Shown here one piece after another: positions 41,501 to 50,300 of a stretch of DNA of 64,000 nucleotides. The notes below the pieces were generated by a model. It made no database searches, was not told where the DNA came from, and was given only the letters and a program-made list of their open reading frames with translations. How positions within the stretch are numbered: the stretch's first letter is position 1; each line of letters starts with the position of its first letter. The DNA is from Asterias rubens (taxonomy: Eukaryota): contig NC_047071.1 in NCBI RefSeq assembly GCF_902459465.1, positions 4,340,001 through 4,404,000 on the forward strand. Reading direction: 5' to 3'. Both the position numbers and the translations under genes were made by a program.

Positions 41501-43739
41501 GACAGATACTAATATTTAAGCAAATTAAATGTCAAAGGGCAAGCAAGTAAGTTTTTCATCAATTGAGAAAAATGTTAAATTCTACGTTTCAAAGGACACC
41601 AAGGCAATGACAAGGCAATTGCCTCCATATCAATGCATGTTCTGGTACCATATGTCAGGAAACTTCATGATTTTATGCCGCTTGGATTTTGGGTGAATTA
41701 TTCTCATCATACAAACCGGGTATAGGAAACGGACCATTTATAATTAGACACGGTTGAGTTGTTTTGAACTTCTGTTGTCTATTAATATTATGTGCATTAT
41801 GTTTACATTCTGTCTAGATGCTTAATATTCAAAAATCTGCCTAGAGAATGATCCCTAAATAAGCTCTGGTGCAGTTGTGTGTGTGTATATTTATCACAGA
41901 TCACTGAGCACTGCAGGGGGTAAGAGACACTCACTTATATTACACCCGTTGACCTGTGGGTTTAAGGTTAGGAAACGATCATCAAATTTTATGAATGACT
42001 CTCCTTTATGTGTGAAAAGAGACTCTCAAATTAAGTATGTGCAGATGTGAATCTCATCTGCTGATGCTACACGCTGTGTGGATAGATACGTGTCTCATAC
42101 ATTTATGACACAAAACAATGTAGTTTTCATGTAAAAATGTGAAAAATAAATTTACGTCTGTTCAGATATTTGAAGAACACAATGTTTTAAACAAGAAAAC
42201 AATCTTACTTTGCGAATAAGCTGCATCCTGGATTGTTGTATCCCTACATGTACATTTCAAACTTGTTTGATGGTCTGTGAATTTGACATTGTTTTGTTCT
42301 CGTTGCCTGCACCTGTACCCAAACACATCCAAGCTTATTGTGTTAAATGGGAACAGGGTGTTGTCAACAGTAGATAACAATGTGGGTTTCCTGTTAGTTC
42401 AGTCATCATTGTCAACTGGTAAAGATTCTGTACCAGACCCTAAGCTAATTAGCATTAAGGACACAATGTACTTCATGTGGCAGTTGTACATGACCCACAG
42501 TGATTTCAATCCTCAATACACAGTCTGACCATAGAGCATGGTCCTTGCTCTATTATGGTCTGACCAACTGACCAATATGTTTTTACAATGAACTCAACCA
42601 CACTAGGATAATGGACACTACAATCTACAATGAAGAAGTATATTTTGTGGTGGCCCCGTGTATGGGAATAAACATGAATCACATACTCTAGCTTTTGGTG
42701 TATAGACCATTATCCATGATTCTGTGTGAAAACCATGGGTTTCTAAATGTTGGTTCATGGTTTTAAAATGTGTCACGCTACAAACTAATTTAGATTTTTT
42801 GTTTTAACAAACGCAACTTACAGTAATACTATGTATCCCTTTACCCAAAAATTAGAGTGACTTCATCACTTCCGTGTAAACATGTTTTCATGCAAACTGT
42901 ACGAGTCAAGGAAAAGCCAGGAAGTACCTACCTGCAATTTGGATCATTGATGGTTGTTCGTATAACCTTCAAAGATTTAATTTTACTCATTTGTTAAGTA
43001 GTTTCATATCCTTCATGGAACCCATGAAAATCATGTACAAATCCCACTGAATCTTAGAGGCAGTGGACACTATTGGTAAATTCTTCAAAATAATTATTAG
43101 CATAAAACCTTTCTTGGTATTGAGTAATGGGGAGATGTTGATAGTATAAAACATTGTGAGAAACGACTCCCTCTGAAGTAATGTAGTTGTTCAGAAAGAA
43201 GTAATTTTCCAAGAATTTGATTTTGAGACTTCAGAATTAGAATTTGAGGTCTCGAAATCAAGCATCTGAAAAACCACAACTTTGTGTGACAAGGGTGGTT
43301 TTTCTTTCATTGTTATCTCGCAACTTCGCGACTGATTGAGCTACGATTTTCACAGGTTTGTTATTTTATGCGTATGTTGAGATACTCCAACTGTGATCTT
43401 ATTTTGACTAGTCTTTGAATTTACCAATAGTGTGAAGTGTCTTTAAGCTAGGTCATGTTACTTAATTTCTACCAAGCAGAAAGTTTGCAGAAAATGTTGT
43501 GTGCTCAATTAAAAAATACATGACTATGTATTCTCACTATCCTCACAATAGCCTTACTCACCTAATCTCAGCTCGCCAAAGTTTCCGCAGCCTATCTTCT
43601 TTCCAACTCTGAAATTGGGTCCAACCATGAGCACACCAGAGTTGGGTGGATTGCCGGAGCGACCAGCAGAGCTCCGACTCCCAGTCTTTGCTTTGCGCTT
43701 TGCGTCATGGTCAAGTTTTTCTCTATCTCTTGTCTGCAT
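1765..43739 (-). CDS. CSNK1G: Casein kinase I gamma (gilgamesh-like), 5' four coding exons; gene continues beyond left edge
   Basis: Spliced translation [146 protein letters not shown]. It has CK1gamma-diagnostic motifs ([31 protein letters not shown]). All introns are GT-AG and phases join 1/0/1/0. Confidence 0.97.
2452..2829. mobile_element. Kolobok-like MITE family A, copy 1 (orientation A)
   Basis: TTAA|AGRCAGTGGACACTATTGGT ... ACCAATAGTGTCCACTGCCT|TTAA. Confidence 0.85.
8027..8387. mobile_element. MITE family A, copy 2 (orientation B)
   Basis: Same TIR and TTAA TSD; internal sequence inverted relative to copy 1. Confidence 0.85.
9714..9968. repeat. 52-bp tandem repeat, ~5 copies
   Basis: Unit GGATCCAATTTCATAGAGCTGCTTAGCTAAGCACATAAAGTACCTCAATATA; unit starts at 9714, 9766, 9818, 9870, 9922. 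Confidence 0.95.
10282..10706 (-). mobile_element. tRNA-derived DeuSINE with L2-type tail
   Basis: A box GTGGCTGAGCGG and B box GGTTCGAATCC; Deu-like core CTTCGGATGGGACGTAAAGCCG..TAAAAGAACCCAGTGCACTTGTCGAAAAGAGAAGGGGTTCGCCCCGGTGTTCCTGGC; (ATT)n tail. Confidence 0.75.
13128..13508. mobile_element. MITE family A, copy 3 (B)
   Basis: Same TIR, TTAA TSD. Confidence 0.85.
14724..15103. mobile_element. Kolobok-like MITE family B (second copy ~32076-32385)
   Basis: TTAA|AGGAACACGTTGCCTTGGATCGG...CCGATCCAAGGCAACGTGTTCCT|TTAA. Confidence 0.85.
15685..15836. mobile_element. ~150-bp MITE (second copy ~61390-61548)
   Basis: GCCTGGTTCAT...ATGAACCGGGC inverted ends; shared internal AAATTCGCAA..GTTGAAATGTG.TCAACTCCTG. 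Confidence 0.65.
19376..19445 (-). CDS. CSNK1G: CSNK1G coding exon 3 (70 nt, [23 protein letters not shown])
   Basis: Acceptor TTTTTTTTCCCCAG|GAA, donor CAG|GTTTGT. Confidence 0.95.
20030..20363. mobile_element. Long-palindromic TTAA-associated MITE family C (second copy ~37510-37867, inverted)
   Basis: TTAA|AAGGATTTGGGTACTTTTTC end; the internal arms are reverse complements of each other. Confidence 0.7.
20697..20906. mobile_element. ~210-bp MITE (second copy 51155-51360)
   Basis: TIR AATGGACYGTTCCG / CGGATCGGTCCATT; two highly similar copies. Confidence 0.8.
20912..21334. mobile_element. CAGG-ended element with 6-bp TSD TGTTAT, containing the 21-bp minisatellite
   Basis: TGTTAT|TAGGCCTC ... 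GAGGCCTG|TGTTAT. Confidence 0.75.
20991..21300. repeat. 21-bp minisatellite, 15 copies (AGGGCACCACAGCAAAAGCAC)
   Basis: Direct read; it explains the stop-free repetitive ORFs in the track. Confidence 0.97.
23441..23804. mobile_element. MITE family A, copy 4 (B)
   Basis: Same TIR; left TSD mutated to TTGA. Confidence 0.85.
25587..25990 (+). mobile_element. tRNA-derived SINE (CORE/Meta-like central domain) with (ATT)n tail
   Basis: GTGGCCGAGCGG A box, GGTTCGAATCC B box, core TGTGTCTCTGAGCAAGACACTTAAC..CCACCCAGGGGTAAATGGGTACC; tail 25930-25990. Confidence 0.85.
26965..27168. repeat. 67-bp tandem repeat, 3 copies
   Basis: Unit starts at 26965, 27032, 27099. Confidence 0.95.
27748..28369. mobile_element. 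P-superfamily-like MITE, 622 bp, perfect 32-bp TIR, 7-bp TSD
   Basis: GTGTAAT|CATGGAGGAAGGAAGAGAAGGAGCTCGAACGA ... TCGTTCGAGCTCCTTCTCTTCCTTCCTCCATG|GTGTAAT. Confidence 0.85.
28524..28593. repeat. 14-bp minisatellite, 5 copies (TGATTTGATCAGAC)
   Basis: Direct read. Confidence 0.9.
29480..30591. repeat. Direct tandem duplication of ~570 bp (29480-30050, 30051-30591)
   Basis: Near-identical copies; the ORF track shows duplicated peptides at 29458 and 29930. Confidence 0.95.
31190..31340 (+). mobile_element. L2/CR1-type 3' tail fragment
   Basis: [10 protein letters not shown] followed by CAGCGCTTAGAG..GGCGCTATACAAAT and (ATT)n. Confidence 0.55.
31504..31843. mobile_element. CAGG-ended (hAT-like) MITE with 6-bp TSD TAATTT
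   Basis: TAATTT|CAGGCACGCAACT ... AGTTGCATGCCTG|TAATTT. Confidence 0.8.
37996..38063. repeat. 34-bp tandem duplication next to the CSNK1G 41-nt exon donor
   Basis: TTTTGTCATTTTGAAAGGTTTGGACTACAGACAA x2. Confidence 0.9.
38078..38118 (-). CDS. CSNK1G: CSNK1G coding exon 2 (41 nt, [13 protein letters not shown], catalytic Lys)
   Basis: Acceptor TTTGCAG|GT, donor TTG|GTAAGT; absent from the ORF track. Confidence 0.95.
43058..43442. mobile_element. MITE family A, copy 5 (B)
   Basis: Same TIR, degraded right end; 120 bp into the first coding intron of CSNK1G. Confidence 0.8.
43562..43739 (-). CDS. CSNK1G: CSNK1G coding exon 1 (178 nt, start ATG, Gly-rich loop)
   Basis: ATG at 43739; in-frame TGA upstream at 43761-43763; donor TTAG|GTGAGT. 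Confidence 0.95.
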
Positions 43740-44089
43740 ATTGGCAGTTCTGTTACCTGTTCACTTCGTAAAGAAGTTTCCACCCGAATAAAGGGTGTGG
43801 TCGTCTGTAAATCCAGTCGGAGGTCAACAATGGGGGCAGGATAGGTTTATCAATGATAACCCATCCAGCCAGCCATCATGCGTAATTCACTCCAAACTGT
43901 CACAGATTTAGTCGTTATCACATAGACCATTTCTTGTATCCGTAGAAATGAGAAGAGAAAAATCCAAGATGTCCGAGTTTCTTTCAAAATCCGATGAAGT
44001 ATAATCCAGGGGATATCCACATCATGTCCAAGGAAAAGGAAGGGTTATAATATATCCATGGGGGTTAAGCTACATGTAGCAGAGGGGCC
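43740..44089 (-). other. CSNK1G: CSNK1G 5' UTR portion of the start-codon exon
   Basis: Best upstream acceptor is ATTTTATATTTCCATTACAG| at 44090; boundary inferred, not proven. Confidence 0.55.
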
Positions 44090-46499
44090 CTGTAATGGAA
44101 ATATAAAAATGGTAAATGAATGAAAGTAAATAACGTTCAACGAAAGAGGACACTAGACACATTCAAATCAAACAGTCAAAGAACCAACCTGTGGAAAAGA
44201 AACAAAACCCAACAGTGAGAAGTAAATGGACAAGAACATTTGTATTCTTCATGGAGTTTCCCAGATAAACAGTTTCACAACTGTTTCATCGAATTAATAG
44301 CATCAGCAGTCAGTACATATACCACAGACATGAACCCTGCCGATGCCCGTATTAACTCTGTTTTCATAGTTTGGGTCTACTTAGTTAAAGTTTTCATAAT
44401 TTACAAACACTTTACTGCTTTTCCCGTTGTTTTATTATCTTTTAAAAGTTGCTGTTGTTTTCCTTATGGATTAGCTTAAATTGGCTTGCTTTATATTGTT
44501 AATTGTTGTTAATATTTTGATCGAACTACCAATAATTCATGTCGAGCATGAAGAGCCCAAACAGTGTTACATGTACAGTACATGTAGAAATGGAGACAAC
44601 TGCTCTTGAAGAAAAAGTAAACAGTGCGACTCCAAAACTTACTTTTTTTACACAGAAGCAACAAAACAGAACTGCACTCTCATGAACTATTGATGAGAAA
44701 GAAAGTTGTCAACTCATCTTGGGTGTGTGTGATTTCATGACATCCTTTCTTTCTTTTCTTTCCTAAATTTCTAAATCCAAAGACCTTGGGCTGACCCTTT
44801 AGGGTAAGTCTCCAATCATGAGAATGAATCATAGTATTAACAAATCCCATCAACTTTTCATCAATTGTAATTTCCCCATGTGTGGATGTCCCTGTGGTGG
44901 ATAATTATACCAACTCATGGAGCAGACAATAACAATTAAAGTCTTGTGGTTTAGGTGCCAGTAGCACTGAACCCCAAACAAACATAGACAAAGCAGTTTG
45001 GCCTCTCCCCTGATCATTGTCTCTAACAATAGACTCGACACTCTTAATAAATCGTCACCTGGTTGTTCACAATGGCCTTTAGTCAGATTCAATGAGGGAT
45101 AAAATGGGCGGAAAAGGGGAACCACAAAAAAACAATCACTCACAAAATGACAAGAGACTGACTGCACTCTGACAAAGCCAAATCTGATCGACCTATATTA
45201 AAATATTCATCACTCAGTTCATGTGTAGATTGAAAATATGTATACAGCATCTTCATAAACATCTACTTTATCGCAAAGGAAGGAAACAGATGTTTTTACA
45301 GTCATTTTAATACTTTCATATCTTATTGTGTGTTGATGAAAGACAAGTCTGAATTCACTGAACTCTGTAATTTGAGTAACGTGCAAAGATACAAATATTT
45401 AATTTGTCTTTCCTGGTTTTTAGATAAAAATGGCGTAAAGTTATTGTATCTTCAATAAAAAATATTTCAAAAGGAATACATGAAAGTAATAATTTATGGC
45501 CCAAAGTTTATACCTGAGAAAAAAAAATTCCTTTCAGGGATTATTTTTTCCCAGATTTTCGATGATATCTAAAAAATGCAACCACAATCAAAACAATCCA
45601 ATGGTTCTTATAACCAATAGTAAACTTTGCCATTAAGTATAGTCTGGTGAAGATGTTGACTGGTGCAGCTTAAATTTTCTGGTGCCATGACGATCTCAAG
45701 TTAATAAAAAAAAATGAGCAAAATAACAAAATCTCCATTTTTAACTTGAAAGGTTGTGAAACCTGGTTTTGTTTATAAAAAGTTGACTAAAACAGATTTG
45801 AAGATCGTTGCTCGTTTAAAATATAAGCAGACAAAACTATGACCGCCCAAAATTGCAACTGTGGCTAAAGCTGCAGTTGTTGCTAAGGGCACATTGTCTT
45901 GATGCGGTGATCCAGCCGAAGCCGTATCCACAGGGCTCCGCCAATTCAGCGTTTGTTGAATATGGCACCAGTCGGTACTGAGTACAAATTGACTTAGGGA
46001 CAAGTTGACTAAGGCACGAGTTGACTAGGATTTGACTTGGATACGAGTTGACTCAAGCACAAGAAGTCATCCTGCGGCAGCATCAGACACTGAAGACTGT
46101 ATTGCTATATGCTTTTTATGCAGTCTTGCATTGCTTGAAAAAGGTTTATCGCGAACAGCAAAGTATCAAGAGAGGGTGCTGTTGAACCCACACAAAGGTA
46201 TAGGCGCTGCGTGTGCGAGTCTTGCATGACAACATACACTGCACAGCAAACTGCCCCATCTTATTACCCACAACGCATTGCGGTTCTGAATTGCGATAAA
46301 CCTTATGAAACTGCATTGTTTGGTTTGATGTTTTTCAATGAATTGAATGATCAAATCAAAGAGAATTTTAAGATTTCTTTTGTCATAAATGACATAAATA
46401 ATTAAAAATATACATTTAAGAAGTTTGATCAACAATTGACTGTAAATGTAATGAATAAATATTTGTTAAAACCTTCGCCTCGGCCCCAGCTCAGGATAA

Positions 46500-46620
46500 C
46501 TTTCCGTATGGCGCCATCACTATTTCACTCATTTTTACAAAAAGGGATATATCAATCAGGTAAATTAGATACTATATTATTTTATTTCGAATGAAAAAGT
46601 GGTGGCGCCATACGGAAACT
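46500..46620. mobile_element. Short MITE
   Basis: TTTCCGTATGGCGCCATCACT ... AGTGGTGGCGCCATACGGAAA inverted ends. Confidence 0.65.
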
Positions 46621-47095
46621 TTTCCCCAGCTCATGATGGATGGGCAAAGTTTCCTCAACCAACAAAACAAATGTGGTGTCAATCAATTTAATTTTCGCCC
46701 TGACCTTACCTCTGCCATACGTTTTAGTGTACACTTTTGTGTATCATTCTGTTATCTCGACTTTGTAAAACCTTAGACGGTACAAAACACCGTACATTTT
46801 TGCATAGTTTTGGGTAAAATTCGACACGAATTGAAGCTAAATAGTGTTGGCATACAAATGGCAAGTAAACTCCCACAGCACAGCACACGGCGAACGACCC
46901 CGATATGGTACCGACATGACCGATCAAATGACGAGATACTTCCTGTTGCCATGGGCGGACATCCTCTTTAACGGATTCCAATCCTTCCATTTTACCCTCA
47001 AATCAATGTTTGATAACTCTATAACCATGTTCTCTGAAATTAACAGCAATATTTATCCCATTAATACGCTAAAATTTGAGATTTTGTAAACCTAC

Positions 47096-47140
47096 CTTTT
47101 TCGTTAGCTCGCCCAAGTTGAAAATTGCACTCCCAAATCG
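47096..47140 (-). other. CSNK1G: Candidate CSNK1G non-coding first exon
   Basis: Donor AAG|GTAGGT at 47095 adjacent to the CpG-enriched promoter; the 5' end is a guess. Confidence 0.45.
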
Positions 47141-47240
47141 GGTGAGATGACGTCATATCCTAAAGGTCAAACCGACTCGGGGAGGTCATAGTGCATGCGT
47201 TTGCGCATTTTGATCGTCTCAACAAATATGGCGGCTGTTT
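47140..47240. promoter_or_regulatory. Bidirectional promoter core: CRE (ATGACGTCAT 47147-47156), NRF1-like (GTGCATGCGT..GCGCAT 47191-47208), YY1-like (CAAATATGGCGG 47223-47234)
   Basis: Motifs read directly between two divergent genes; locally CpG-rich. Confidence 0.7.
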
Positions 47241-47319
47241 TCAAACGGAGTTTAGAGTTGGGCTTTGGTGTTTCAGACTGAAATATCTTGGCGTCAGCAG
47301 ATCTGTGTCATTTCACACC

Positions 47320-47365
47320 ATGGTGACGAAGGAGAAGTTTCTCGTTGTTGTCTCGATTCTGGAAG
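47320..47365 (+). CDS. CEP120: CEP120 exon 1 ([16 protein letters not shown])
   Basis: CACCATGG start context; donor AAG|GTAAAT. Confidence 0.93.
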
Positions 47366-50300
47366 GTAAATAGGAAAATAGTGTCTTCGTTTTTACGAAA
47401 ACTGTAAAAAGTGTAACGTTGGTGAGGAGAATTTCCACTCAGCAGAACGCATTGGGGGCGCTGTTTCATTGAAATTTGTATTGATCTACAATGTAATGTT
47501 TTAGGTTTATTATTTTTACTACTTCGCTTGACACTTTTACTCTACTAAAAGTAAAATGTCTAGGTCTAAGCTGCCAAAACTTAACTGAATTAATACAAGT
47601 TCCACCAAATATTTGTGATTAATCATCAGGGATTGTGTTTGATTTTGAAGATCTCCACCATCCACCATCCCCATTTATTTACATTTATTTAATTTTTAGT
47701 TAAGATTTAATTAATAAAATTAAAGACAGTGGACACTATTGGTAATTGTCAAAGACAAGTCTTCTCACTTGGTGCATCTCAACATATGCACAAAATAACA
47801 AACCTGTGAAAATTTGAGCTCAATCGGTCGGTCGTCGAAGTTGCGAGATAATTGAAAGAAAAAAGAACCCTTGTCACACAAAGTTTTTGTTTTCAGATGC
47901 TTGATTGCGAGACCTCAAATTCTAAATCTGAGGTCTCGAAATCAAATTCGTGGAAAGTTACTTCTTTCTCAAAAAGTACGTCACTTCAGAGGGAGCCGTT
48001 TCTCTCAATGATTTTTACTATCAACCTCTCCCCATTACTCGTAACCAAGAAGGTTTTATGGTAAAAACTATTTTGAGTAATTACCAATAGTGTCCACTGC
48101 CTTTAAGATTAAGAAACAAAAACACAAAAAAGTATGATAAACATACATGAATGGAGATAAAGCTGATGAGCTGAGTGATCTAAGTTTGCGTTCAGCTGTC
48201 TTTTACTAAAAGTTATACACCTAGTAATTTATGTTTTCTGTATAAAATAATCTCAAGCATGATCTTTTCATTTGAATTTGATCATGAATTGATTGATAAT
48301 GGTTTTACTGTTTGAAAAATTATAAATGGTTTTGTAAGTAATAAGAGAACTTTAGGATGGCAAATTAAACCTCCTCATTAAGTGAAATTTATTTTAACAA
48401 ACACTGATTCAGCCTTCAATTTGATTACTTACGAATAGACACAAGGAAACAAAATATTTTTCATTTCAATTTTAAAATGAAGTTTGTTGATGTTGTCCAA
48501 ATTCTTCAGGTGTATTTTTATGAATGTCTTGTAATAATAGTATTTTATTTATCTGGCCAGGGAGGAAATTCCCCAAGAGATCTCATCACCAACTATTGAT
48601 AGAAACCCGTTTTGATGGAGAGTTACTTGCCACGGATCCTGTATCTCACGGCGAAACACCTGAACTCTGCACGGAATTGGCATGGGAGGTGTGTGTTTCA
48701 AATTATGTATATCATATTGTACATCCACTCATCAAACATTTGAAGTCTTTACTAACTAGACGAGCAAACATTTTGGCCGAAAAACTGCGCATTAAAATGC
48801 TAAGTATAACTTAGGTTTTTGGAACTATTCAATTGTTTTAATACTGCATGTGTATAAATGTAGATACAATAAAACTGGGTGAAATTTCATTTCATAAGGT
48901 GGTTTTCTATTTTTTCAGATGAAAAATCCAGAGCAACTATGTCCCCGCAGGAAAAAAAAATCAGTGATTTGAATTCATAATCTGAGAGGCGTTAGTTTCA
49001 GTAAAACTTCTCAGATTAAAATTTGGGGGGTAAAAACCGATCCATCCCTAACCAAATTGCTCCAAAGTGATTCTCAAAATGACTCATCGAAAGCTGAGCA
49101 CTGTACTTCTTACCATGTACATTTTTGTTGAGTGATTACCAAATGTATACCTTCCCTTTAAAGGCAGTGGACACTATTGGTAATTGTCAAAGACTAGCCT
49201 TCACAGCTGGTGTATCTCAACATATGCATAAAATAACCAACCTGTGAAAATTTGAGATCAATCGGTCATCGAAGTTGCGAGATAATAATGACAGAAAAAT
49301 AACCCTTGTAACACGAAGTTGTGTGCATTTATAGATAGTTGATTTCGAGACCTCAAGTTCTAAATCTGAGGTCTCCAAATCAAATTCGTGGAAAATTACT
49401 TCTTTCTCAAAAACTTTGGCACTTCAGAGGGAGCCGTTTCTCACAATGTTTTATACCATCAACCTCTCCCGATTACTCGTCACCAAGAAAGGTTTTATGC
49501 CAATAATTATTTTGAGTAATTACCAATAGTGTCCACTGCCTTTAAACAAAGTTTCATTCTGTCTCCTTTTAGTTGAGCAAGAAAGCTCTACATCAGCATC
49601 GTCTGCAGAGAACTCCAATAAAGCTGGTGTGTTATGCCCTAGACACCAGCACTAATGCCAGGGAAAGCATTGGATATGTGATGCTTGACCTTAGGACAGC
49701 TATCCTTCAAGAAGCTTCGCCTGCTAAAGTTCCTGTGGTATGTTGTGGTTTACCATCGGCCGAGTGAAAAATATCTGCTCACAATCCATGTTATTCATGC
49801 ATAAAGGCCAGTTTATAGTCGGTCGCGCGATGGTCGCGCGATGGAAATCTTGCGCGCAGTCCTAAGACTGAGGCCTAAAAACTGTGCCTTTTTGTGATTG
49901 CGCGTCAAGATTTCCATCGCGAGACCATCGCGCGACCGACTATAACTCGGCCTTAACCCTGACTTTAAATCAGGACTGCTTCATTTTATTTTGCTCAAGT
50001 TTGACTTGCATTTAGGCAAAATTTTGAAAACTCTAGATCTTGCAATATGCGTTTTTCTAGCAACATTCTGAATGGTTATTTTGTCAAAATAATGAGAATC
50101 AATTTGTTCTTCTTCTTGATATTGATCTACAGACAAGCAAGTGGTATCCGTTACTAAATTCCAAGTACAACCGTCATAAACCCCAACTGAAGGTTGGAGT
50201 AGCCCTAGAGGCCGACACACAAGCCAAAGATGAAAGCTTCAGAGCAAAAGCAGCTCCTCCTAGATCAGCTATGGGTAAGTAAAACTCAGCAGGGTGGATA

